From NCBI GenBank assembly GCA_046497275.1, contig JAWOFX010000002.1, forward strand, positions 1-32,000: a DNA stretch of 32,000 nt, in the 5' to 3' direction. This DNA comes from Promethearchaeia archaeon. GTDB taxonomy: Archaea > Asgardarchaeota > Lokiarchaeia > Sigyniarchaeales > SOKP01. Both the position numbers and the translations under genes were made by a program. The notes beneath the pieces were generated by a model, which made no database searches, was not told where the DNA came from, and saw nothing but the letters and a program-made list of their open reading frames with translations. Of the stretch, positions 1 through 8,806 are shown in pieces; the stretch's first letter is position 1; every line of letters starts with the position of its first letter.

Positions 1-11
1 TTCTTTCTGGA

Positions 12-557
12 TTATTGCCATTTTGTTTTTAAATCTTTTCGAGTTAATTTGCGGACCAGATCAATCGCAAAATATACAAAATTAACGCAAGTATTCTCCC
101 AGATATGTTCTTCTTTATATACTTGATAATCATTCGTTAGATCTAACCCAACTAAGTCATGACAGCTTATAGATCCGAATTCTTCTTCGAATTTATATGC
201 AAAACGTCCTGCTTTTCCGAAGACGAGCGGGACGTATTGAGGATTAGTTTTCTCCTTACCGCCCATAATGATCCCAATGGCTGCAATTGAACCAGAAACA
301 ACACCACATGGACCTTTCCATCCTTTATCGTTGATATAAGAACCAAAACCGCTAAATGGTATGGCAAGATTATTATAATAGCATTTATCAAATTCCTCTA
401 AATCTAATACCTCTAAAATATTATTAAATGTATGCGCGGCGCAGCTATTGCCAAACTTTCTACCTTCAGGTGGTAGAGTTTCCTTCAATTTCTCGATTTT
501 ATCATCAAATCGTTTAAATATATCTTTTTTTAGGTTATTGGATTCACTTTTTTTCAT
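12..557 (-). CDS. C_GCAxxG_C_C family putative redox-active protein
   Basis: NSCA...FSGFGS...GPCGVVSG...FGSISCHDL...CVNFV matches the four-Cys pattern of this family. Confidence 0.8.
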   Translation of the reverse strand: MKKSESNNLKKDIFKRFDDKIEKLKETLPPEGRKFGNSCAAHTFNNILEVLDLEEFDKCYYNNLAIPFSGFGSYINDKGWKGPCGVVSGSIAAIGIIMGGKEKTNPQYVPLVFGKAGRFAYKFEEEFGSISCHDLVGLDLTNDYQVYKEEHIWENTCVNFVYFAIDLVRKLTRKDLKTKWQ

Positions 558-576
558 ATATTAATATTAAATTACT

Positions 577-592
577 ATTTATATAAAGAAAA
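577..592 (-). promoter_or_regulatory. Archaeal TATA box for the 557 gene, probably leaderless
   Basis: Minus-strand TTTATATAAA lies about 20-30 nt upstream of the ATG at 557. Confidence 0.45.
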
Positions 593-909
593 CTTTCAAT
601 CCTTATTTTAATAAAATATTGAATTAATAATTTATTTCGGTGCTAATCTAGATAAAAAGATTAGAATTTTTAGAAGTTTTATATTCCTAATTTTTAAATT
701 ATTAAAAGGGTTTATAATAATATAAATTGGGTTATAACGGCATATAACGATAATTCGAAAAAGCCACTAAAGCATTCTAAAGAATGATTGAATGATTCTT
801 AAAGCTGTAAAAAAGAAACTAGAAGATAAGATACAAGGATCAATAGAAAAGTTTTATTTATACAAAATAAACATTATATCATAAAAATAAAAGAAAATGG
901 TAAAAAAAT

Positions 910-1452
910 ATGATTGAAGATGATTATAAATTAGATGACATTGACAAAAAAATAATAGAAATAATCCAAGAGGAACCTACGATTACACACACCGATATCG
1001 CGAAGAGAGTGGAACGAAGTCAACCTACAATAGGAATGAGGATAAATCGTTTGAAAGAACTGGGAGTATTGCAGTTCCAAGCAGGATTAAATCTCAAAAT
1101 TGCCGATATGTTTTATGCGCGAGCTGAAATAGTAACAGATCATCCCAATGAATTGTTGGATGAAATTGAAAAATGTCATTTCATGCTGAATGCATTTCGA
1201 TTAAGCGGAACAACTAATGTGAGTGTATTAATTGCAAATCCTAAGATAGCATTTTTGGATAAGCTTGTAAATACCAAATTTCGTAATAATCCTCTGGTAA
1301 AAGAAGTAAATATGAATATTATTACAGATGTGGTGGAAGATTTCGTCCTACCAATTGATCTGGATTTTAACGATTGTAAATGCGAATTGAAAGAAGAGTG
1401 CAGTAAAAGCATTTATATTGAAAATGATGAAGAATCGAAAAAAAGGGAATGA
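910..1452 (+). CDS. Lrp/AsnC family transcriptional regulator with a Cys-containing C-terminal tail
   Basis: LDDIDKKIIEIIQEEP...THTDIAKRVERSQPTIGMRINRLKELGVL HTH, followed by a RAM-like domain. Confidence 0.85.
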   Translation: MIEDDYKLDDIDKKIIEIIQEEPTITHTDIAKRVERSQPTIGMRINRLKELGVLQFQAGLNLKIADMFYARAEIVTDHPNELLDEIEKCHFMLNAFRLSGTTNVSVLIANPKIAFLDKLVNTKFRNNPLVKEVNMNIITDVVEDFVLPIDLDFNDCKCELKEECSKSIYIENDEESKKRE

Positions 1453-1598
1453 AAGTTCAAAAAAATACCAAATTTACTATTTCCGTGAAAGATATAAGTG
1501 TTTGGTGTAAGATATTTATAGATTTTAAACGATATTTTTAATAGAAAATGATTAATAAATTAAGATGAGAGCAAAAAAAATTAAAATAGGTATTCTAT

Positions 1599-1937
1599 AT
1601 GCAAAATCTTCTTATTTCAGAATCAGTTGATTTATTAAAAACATTAGGAGATACAACTAGGCTTTCTATTTTACAGATTCTAAAAGAAGATGATGTTTCC
1701 GCATCGGAATTGCAGGATGAACTCGAAAAATCTCAGAGTACGATTTCGCAACACCTAAAAGTTTTAAGAGAGGCGGATTTAATTGAAGTAGATAAAGATG
1801 GAAGGATAAATTATTATAAGGTTAAGAATGCTAAAGTTTTTAAGATATTAGCCAGGATTAAGTCCTTTATTATCAAAACCAAAAAAGAAAAATTAGATAT
1901 TTTAAATAAAGCCCAAATCAATGATACTTTATTTTAA
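1599..1937 (+). CDS. ArsR/SmtB family transcriptional regulator
   Basis: LKTLGDTTRLSIL...SQSTISQHLKVLREADLI...DGRINYY; contains no Cys. Confidence 0.9.
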   Translation: MQNLLISESVDLLKTLGDTTRLSILQILKEDDVSASELQDELEKSQSTISQHLKVLREADLIEVDKDGRINYYKVKNAKVFKILARIKSFIIKTKKEKLDILNKAQINDTLF

Positions 1938-2062
1938 AGAAAAATAAATCGACTTGAATAATTAAATACTTTATAATTTTTATTCCACAATTTTAAATAA
2001 TTTGAATAGTATTCAATTTTGTAAATATTTGAGTTATATAAAATATCTCTTTATGTGAGAAA

Positions 2063-2617
2063 ATGAATCGGGAACAGTTAAAAACTGATGGTGGAGAGCT
2101 TCGAAAGATAATGCTATTGGGGTTAGATAATGCAGGGAAAACCTCCATCGTTTTAACACTCAAAGGAGATAAAAGTTTACTTTCCTATATGTCCTTAAGT
2201 CCAACAATGAATCATAATATTACAAATATTACTGTTTCAGACACTAAGTTCAATATATGGGATTTTGGAGGACAAGAAACTTACCGAAAAGAACATCTTG
2301 AAAATATGGAAGATTATATTGAAGGATGTAATAAAATTATTTATGTGATTGATGTCCAAGATTATGAAAGGTATGATATCTCCTTAACTTATTTAAAGGA
2401 TCTTTTAGTTTTAATCGATAATAGTTATGATAAGATACAATTTTCAGTTTTTTTACATAAATATGATCCAAATATTAAAGAAATAAAACCCAAAATTAGC
2501 GATAAAATTGATGAATTATTAAGTAAAGTAAAAGAAATCGTTCCTTCAGATATTGATTTAAAAATTTTCAAAACTACTATTTATACCACCTTTGAAAAAA
2601 CCCCTATATTTCTATAA
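2063..2617 (+). CDS. Small GTPase, Rag/Arf-like (Asgard type)
   Basis: G1 GLDNAGKTS, G2 PT, G3 WDFGGQ, G4 HKYD, G5-like KTTIY. HKxD and TxIY are Rag-like; GLDNAGKT is Arf-like. Confidence 0.9.
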   Translation: MNREQLKTDGGELRKIMLLGLDNAGKTSIVLTLKGDKSLLSYMSLSPTMNHNITNITVSDTKFNIWDFGGQETYRKEHLENMEDYIEGCNKIIYVIDVQDYERYDISLTYLKDLLVLIDNSYDKIQFSVFLHKYDPNIKEIKPKISDKIDELLSKVKEIVPSDIDLKIFKTTIYTTFEKTPIFL

Positions 2618-2779
2618 ATGAAAATCTATTTTTTAGTAATATAATTTCTACTGTTTCAGTAGAATTTTTTGATACAAATCCTTAAATACAAGAAAATCCT
2701 AAAAATATTCTAAAAGTAGTGAAAGTTTTAAATAATTTTTTATCTAAACCTAAAATAATAATATTCCTTTCTTCTATTA

Positions 2780-3667
2780 ATGACATCACTAATATTTCTC
2801 GTTGAAGATGATCTCGATTTTTTAAAAAGTATTCAGATGATATTAGAAGATGAGGGATACTCGATCTTAACTGCAAGAAATGGAAAAGATGCACTTCAAA
2901 AATTAAAAGGGCTAGATAATTTGCCCGATCTCATCATAAGTGATGTTAAAATGCCCGTTATGGATGGCTATGAATTTTTTAAGAATGTTTCAAATAATGC
3001 ACGTTTAAATCAAATACCGTTCATTTTTTTAACAGGATTATCTTCAGAAAAAAACATTCGTTTTGGCAAAATATTGGGTGTTGATGACTATCTGGTAAAA
3101 CCAGTCAAGGAAAAAGATTTAATAGCTTCTGTGAGGGGCAAATTAATAAGGAATAGAAAAAGTAGGGAAGTAATGAACTATGTTAATGAAATTCTCTTTG
3201 ATGGATCGACATTAAAAGCTACAATCGAGAAAAGTGAACTAGAACAAATTTGGATGATTTTTTTTAATTGGGATGACGTTAAAGGTCCCGAATTGAATAT
3301 TTTTTATCCCAAAGGAGATAAGCAATTCAATAAAAGAATAGAACAAATTGGAAATCAATGCTTTTATGCGATTAAAGTAATTTATGGAGATCAAAAAAAT
3401 ATAGAAAATGAAGAATATTTATTGATTACCCTAGAGAATATCAGTAAGAGAGCCTTCCTTTATTTCGATGCATACCCAAATCCAAAAACAAGATCTGGAG
3501 AAACTAAATTTATGATAAGTATTATTGCTCCAGAAATAACTTATCTGGATTCTATTCAGATTAAGAACTATTTTAAGAAAATAGCAGAAAAAATTAAGAA
3601 AAATGATGATTGGGATATTAAATCATATTGGGAAAAAATTAGTGATATCTTAACTTCTTCCCAATAA
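2780..3667 (+). CDS. Response regulator: receiver domain plus C-terminal longin/uDENN-like domain
   Basis: Receiver is intact: VEDD, D55 in LIISDVKMP, FLT, YLVKP. The C-terminal ~140 aa begin IFFNWDDVKGPELNIFYP; the longin call is from recalled motifs only. Confidence 0.85.
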   Translation: MTSLIFLVEDDLDFLKSIQMILEDEGYSILTARNGKDALQKLKGLDNLPDLIISDVKMPVMDGYEFFKNVSNNARLNQIPFIFLTGLSSEKNIRFGKILGVDDYLVKPVKEKDLIASVRGKLIRNRKSREVMNYVNEILFDGSTLKATIEKSELEQIWMIFFNWDDVKGPELNIFYPKGDKQFNKRIEQIGNQCFYAIKVIYGDQKNIENEEYLLITLENISKRAFLYFDAYPNPKTRSGETKFMISIIAPEITYLDSIQIKNYFKKIAEKIKKNDDWDIKSYWEKISDILTSSQ

Positions 3668-3729
3668 ACTGAAATTTATATAATCTTAATATAAAATCAA
3701 TTTTCATCTTATTATAGATAATATGTAGA

Positions 3730-4197
3730 TATTACATATTTATAAAATGAAATCTTTAATATCATTCTCATAAATATCTCAATATTCTTGTAATATAATT
3801 GAGATAATATGCGTTTAAAGAGTTATGAAATAAGATGAGTTCAAAAACAGAACTTGCAAAAAGAGATACTCCTTCTATACCTAACGAAAAATTAAAAAAA
3901 ATTCAAGGAGTGAAAAAACATTTAAGTTCCTTCTCAGGGAACACTGTGAATGCTAATTTAGAAATGGCTAAGGATTTACAAAATATTATAAAAAATTGTT
4001 CCAATTTAACAGGAAAAGAAACGTGGGGATATTGTAAAAGCCAAAGATATTTTATGAAACTTTATTTACAACATCTTAATTGTGAATAAAAAAAATAATT
4101 CATTTCATAAAAGTCATGAAATGAACCATATTTGTATTCTATTTGATTATTATTACTATTTTCTTTGAAATCGTCAAAAACATCAAATTTTAGAGGA
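3730..4197 (+). repeat. Copy 1 of a ~470-bp diverged direct repeat
   Basis: Shares TATTACATAT, TATCATTCTCATAA, ATGAGTTCAAAA, a 126-nt core (114/126 identical) and TTGAAATCGTCAAAAA in the same order with 8001-8484. Confidence 0.85.
3835..4089 (+). CDS. Hypothetical small protein (84 aa, or 41 aa from the ATG at 3964)
   Basis: Open frame; the last 41 codons are conserved in the second repeat copy. Confidence 0.45.
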   Translation: MSSKTELAKRDTPSIPNEKLKKIQGVKKHLSSFSGNTVNANLEMAKDLQNIIKNCSNLTGKETWGYCKSQRYFMKLYLQHLNCE

Positions 4198-4464
4198 AAC
4201 GGAGAATATTTGCTTTTTACCTTAGAGAACTTGGAAAAAAGAACTTTTGTTTATTTTGATGGCTTCCCGAACCCAAAAAGCCGTTCTGGAGAGATTAAAT
4301 TTATGATTGGTGTTATCGCTCCCGAAATCACATATTTCGACTCTATTCGAATAAAAAATTATTATAAATCAATTGCAAACAAAATTAAGACTCATTCAAA
4401 CGTGGATATAAAACATTATTGGAATAAAATAAGTGAAATATTAAATTCTCCTCAACTACGGTAA
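4198..4464 (+). pseudogene. 5'-truncated paralog of the response regulator C-terminal (longin-like) domain
   Basis: About 59/86 aa identical to the product of 3407-3664. Homology starts right at the end of repeat copy 1, and the TTG start at 4165 lies inside the repeat. Confidence 0.75.
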
Positions 4465-4482
4465 CTAATATTAAGTATTTTT

Positions 4483-7400
4483 TTATATTTTAGGTAAATT
4501 AATGACGAATCGCGTTCCTTCAGATGGTTTTCCTTCAACCCGATTTTCAACCCAAATCTCTCCTTCGTAAAGATTTAATATCTTTTTAACAATCAAGAGC
4601 CCTATACCCATTCCCGCTTGTGAAGATGATTCGAGCTTATCTTTAAATAGTCTATCTTTAATTTCTTGAGAAATTCCATATCCATTATCTTCAATTTCTA
4701 TTTTGGCATATTTCTTTTTTTCTTTTTCAAGAAAGGAGACTTTCACAAATATTTGTTTGAGATCACTTTCATTATATTTAATGGCATTAATAAACAAATT
4801 TTCAAAGACATCCTCCAACAGATTGGAAGCTAGAACAGGAATCTTTTCTTCGGGGGCATTTATAGTGATTTGAATATCTTGATGATTATAAGAATTTATG
4901 ATATATTCTTTGGAACTTTTCAAAATTGATATGAGATCCAAGGGAATCTCTTTTTTATCTTTAATATCAATTTGGGATAATCTTTGAATATTTTTAATCA
5001 ATTTAAAAGATTTTGAAGTTTGCTCTATTGTATTATCTATATACTCTTTTAATTTTTCATTCTTATCTTGATTATGTAAAATATTCGATGCAAGTTCCAT
5101 TGAGCTTAAAATTACTTGAAGGATATTTCGCATATCATGAGTAAAAAGATCTTTGTATAGTTGCAATTGATTATATGCATCTCTAATCTTTTCTTCAGAC
5201 TTTTTTAGGGCTTGTTCTGCGTTTTTACGTTCTGTAATATTATAGAATGTTATAACCGTTCCATCGATAATATTATCTTCGGTTCTATAGAGATTTATTC
5301 GCATTCTATACCATTTATTATCTTTAGTTTCAAGATCCTTTTCTATTGATTCCAATTCTTCCAAAACTTTAGTCGCATCTTCGGAAATCTTATGATATTG
5401 GAGAGTTGATGCAATGTCTGAGATTGGTCGTCCAATATCCGAATCTATTAAGTTATAAATATCGGTAGCTGTGGGAGTATATCTTTTGATTTTTAAATCA
5501 CTATCAAGAAAGATAGTACCGATATCTGTACTATTTATTAGATTTCTAAGATCATCGTTGGTTTTTTTAAGTTCCTGGTTTTTCTCTTGTAATTCATTAT
5601 TTACAGTTGTTAATTCTTCGTTGAGGGATTGAAGTTCTTCCTTAGACGTTTGGAGTTCTTCATTAGTACTTCTAAGTTCCTCGTTCGATGATTGGAGTTC
5701 TTCATTAGTTGATTTTAATTCTTCATTTTTAGTTTCTAATTCTTCAATAGTAGATTGAAGATACTGTTTAGTTTGACTCAACTCATGTTCTAACTGCATT
5801 ATCCTTACCTTGCTCACAGTATCAATTTCTTCAGATAATTTTTCCTTAGGAATGTCAACAAGGTCTATATCGAGAGGTTCAAAAATTACTAGTAATAATC
5901 CTTTCATCGATTCAGGTTCTTTAATAGGTCTGATAACCAGATTAACAAAATTTTTCTCCCCGTTAGATTTAACTCCCACGTTATTTAATTCAATTTCCTC
6001 TCCTGTGACTGTTGCTTTTCTGATAGCAGTAGAAAGTTTAATCTTTAGTCCCTTCCGAGCCATGTTTATAATATTAACGGATGCTCTTCCTTCAGCAGGC
6101 TCTAAAAACTTACCAGTTTTCCCATAAATGTATAATATATCTTTATCTTGATTTATGAGGATAGATGGAGGATTATAATGCTCTAATAATTGTGTTTTAA
6201 CTATTTCCTGGTAATTGAGTGATTCGGGTTTTTTGGAAGATAAATCTTGATAATCAGGGATCTTAGAGATCGAATAATCAAATAAGGGGGGAAAGATATT
6301 ATAGTTGTCTTTATAAGCGTCTGGTGTTTGTTTATATTTAAATATTTTATTTGATCGGTCTATTTCTATGAAAAGACGTTTAGCCTCCATTATAGATTCC
6401 GATTTACCCAGAAGAAGATAACCATTCTGATTTAGGGCATAATGAAAAATATTTAGAAGTTTCTCTTGGATTTCTTGCTTAAGATATATGAGAAAGTTTC
6501 TGCAACTTATCAAATCTACATTGGAGTAAGGAGGATCACTTAAAACATTTTGCTCAGCAAAAATAATCATATTGCGTATTTTCTTTTTTATTTTGTGCAG
6601 ATTTCCATCTGATGTGAAAAATTCATCTAATCTTTCTTTAGATACATCTGCTGTGATATTATCCAAGAATCTCCCCCTTCGAGCAGTCTCAATCGCATTT
6701 GAATCAATATCTGTAGCGAAGATTTGTACTTTACATGATTTTTCATGTGTTTTCATATATTCCATCAGTAAAATGGCTATTGAATAAGCTTCTTCGCCAG
6801 TAGAACATCCTGGAACCCATATACGTATTAGATCATCTTGGGAATGAATATCAAATAGTTTAGGGATAATGTTCTTTTTTAAGGCATCAAAAGCATTTTC
6901 ATCCCTGAAAAAGTTCGTTACTCCTATAAGAAATTCATGAAATAAATTTTCTAATTCTTTCGTATTTTTTTCAAGATAATCTACATATTCGTTAAACTTT
7001 TGAATCTGATTTAAAACCATTCTCTTCTTAATTCTTCTTAATATCATGTTCTCCTTATATACTGAAAACAGATGACCAGTTTTGTTATGAATTAATTCAA
7101 ATATTTTATTTAAACCCTCTCTTATGTCCATCTCTCCAAAATCTTGTCGAATTTTTAACTTTTTATAGTAAGAATCAATGTATTCAATAATTTTCTCTGG
7201 AATTTTTTCTGGAGATAATATGAAATCTATTTTAAGATTATCTATCGCATTTTTAGGCATATTTTCATATTCTGCAGTTTTTGGGTCTTGAGCTATAGCC
7301 ATACCATTTACTCCTTTTATTTCTCTAAGTCCTAAGGTACCATCCGTACCTGTGCCTGAAAGAAGGATTCCTATCGATTTTTCTCCGAATTCTCGAGCCA

Positions 7401-7797
7401 TTGAGCGGAAGAGAAAATCTATGGGCATTCGCTGGCTACGTGAAGTAGTGAAGCCTTCAACTTTTATTTTTGAATCCTCAATGGATAATCTATGATTAGG
7501 TGAAATTACATATATAGTATTTGGTTCTATTTTCTGAGTTTCATTTATTTGGATAACATTTAAAGATGTGAATTTTCTCAAAATCTCATCTAATGTACTC
7601 TCATGGTTAGGATCAAGGTGTTGGACGAGTATATACGCAATATCATGTTTTTTGGGTATATTAGAGAATAGTTTTTTGAAGGCATCTAATCCCCCCGCAG
7701 ATGCCCCGATTCCAACAACAGGAAATTGATCGATATCATCAACCAAAACTTCTTTTTTTTTGGATCTTTCGATTGATTTATTTTTTATAATTATCAC
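4483..7797 (-). CDS. CheB methylesterase - CheR methyltransferase - coiled coil - PAS - histidine kinase fusion
   Basis: CheB: GIGASAGG, VQHL, LSGTGTDG. CheR: GVTNFFRD, WVPGCSTGEEAYS, ATDID, ISCRNFLIY. EELxSxNEEL heptads. H-box FTHDMRN. HATPase NAIKY, DNGYGI, GMGIGL. GTG start. Confidence 0.93.
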   Translation of the reverse strand: MIIIKNKSIERSKKKEVLVDDIDQFPVVGIGASAGGLDAFKKLFSNIPKKHDIAYILVQHLDPNHESTLDEILRKFTSLNVIQINETQKIEPNTIYVISPNHRLSIEDSKIKVEGFTTSRSQRMPIDFLFRSMAREFGEKSIGILLSGTGTDGTLGLREIKGVNGMAIAQDPKTAEYENMPKNAIDNLKIDFILSPEKIPEKIIEYIDSYYKKLKIRQDFGEMDIREGLNKIFELIHNKTGHLFSVYKENMILRRIKKRMVLNQIQKFNEYVDYLEKNTKELENLFHEFLIGVTNFFRDENAFDALKKNIIPKLFDIHSQDDLIRIWVPGCSTGEEAYSIAILLMEYMKTHEKSCKVQIFATDIDSNAIETARRGRFLDNITADVSKERLDEFFTSDGNLHKIKKKIRNMIIFAEQNVLSDPPYSNVDLISCRNFLIYLKQEIQEKLLNIFHYALNQNGYLLLGKSESIMEAKRLFIEIDRSNKIFKYKQTPDAYKDNYNIFPPLFDYSISKIPDYQDLSSKKPESLNYQEIVKTQLLEHYNPPSILINQDKDILYIYGKTGKFLEPAEGRASVNIINMARKGLKIKLSTAIRKATVTGEEIELNNVGVKSNGEKNFVNLVIRPIKEPESMKGLLLVIFEPLDIDLVDIPKEKLSEEIDTVSKVRIMQLEHELSQTKQYLQSTIEELETKNEELKSTNEELQSSNEELRSTNEELQTSKEELQSLNEELTTVNNELQEKNQELKKTNDDLRNLINSTDIGTIFLDSDLKIKRYTPTATDIYNLIDSDIGRPISDIASTLQYHKISEDATKVLEELESIEKDLETKDNKWYRMRINLYRTEDNIIDGTVITFYNITERKNAEQALKKSEEKIRDAYNQLQLYKDLFTHDMRNILQVILSSMELASNILHNQDKNEKLKEYIDNTIEQTSKSFKLIKNIQRLSQIDIKDKKEIPLDLISILKSSKEYIINSYNHQDIQITINAPEEKIPVLASNLLEDVFENLFINAIKYNESDLKQIFVKVSFLEKEKKKYAKIEIEDNGYGISQEIKDRLFKDKLESSSQAGMGIGLLIVKKILNLYEGEIWVENRVEGKPSEGTRFVINLPKI

Positions 7798-8000
7798 CAG
7801 AATTGATTACATTCTAAATAATTATGAAGGGGGTAGATAAATGTGAAATCAGTTTATAAATATTTAAATTATTCATATTTTATTAAATATTATTACTTTA
7901 CTTTAATTGTCTTTTACTGATATTTCAACTATATTATAATATATACTTAAAAAAAATGGTTTTACTTAGATAGTCTAAATTATCAAATATATTGCATGAT

Positions 8001-8484
8001 TATTACATATGTGTAAAATCCAATCATTTATATCATTCTCATAAGTATTGAGATGTTCTTTTGTATAATTACGATAATTTATCCCCATAATCAGAAAAAT
8101 ATATCATTCATCATGAGTTCAAAATCCAAATCCTCCGAAAATAATATTAAGTCTTTAAAAAATAAAAAAAAGAATTTAAGTAATGATAAAAGTATTCATG
8201 AGTTGTCAAGAAATACCACTCAATTTAGTGATAGTGTTAATAATGAAAATTAAAAATGAAAAAAGATCTCCAAAATATTATAAAAAATTGTTCCAATTTA
8301 ACAAGAAAAGAAACTTGGGAATATTGTAAAAGCCAAAGATATTTTATGAAACTTTATTTACAACATCTTAGTAATGAATAATGATTCGATTTATAAAAGT
8401 CATAAAATAAACATATATGTATTCTATTTGTTATAATTATTATTTTTTTTTTGAAATCGTCAAAAATATTAACTTTTATATGGA
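8001..8484 (+). repeat. Copy 2 of the ~470-bp diverged direct repeat
   Basis: Collinear with 3730-4197, sharing the same anchors. Confidence 0.85.
8256..8381 (+). CDS. 41-aa micro-ORF MKKDLQNIIKNCSNLTRKETWEYCKSQRYFMKLYLQHLSNE (not in the ORF track)
   Basis: Same length as, and 36/41 aa identical to, the ORF at 3964-4089. Confidence 0.5.
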   Translation: MKKDLQNIIKNCSNLTRKETWEYCKSQRYFMKLYLQHLSNE

Positions 8485-8806
8485 TTCCGATTAATATTTT
8501 AATCCTATATAGTAAATTTTAAATATTTCATATACTTTCAATAGTATGACAGACATTTAATATGAACTGTCTAAGAAGATGGGTCATACCTTGCTTAAAT
8601 CCCTGGATTTTTGTCTTTTGGTGATCTACTTTATTTCAGTAGAGTAGAGATCTTCTTTACTTCTCCCTTATATATAATGGTTTGGAGCAAGGGGATCTAT
8701 TTTCCATTCTTTTTTTTATTATGAGAGATATATTGTCCAAGAGCAATATGAAATAACGGATAGAAGGATCAAAATTAATAGAAAAATTTATAAGTATTTC
8801 TCTGGT

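Noticed and set aside
5570-5760. Periodic TTCTTC/GAAGTTC pattern suggesting a DNA tandem repeat
   Set aside because: It is the coding heptad repeat (EELxSxNEEL) of the CheBR coiled coil.
8053-8253. 66-aa ORF from the track
   Set aside because: Low-complexity Lys/Asn/Ser sequence; only MSSK matches the copy-1 counterpart. Treated as part of the repeat rather than a confident gene.
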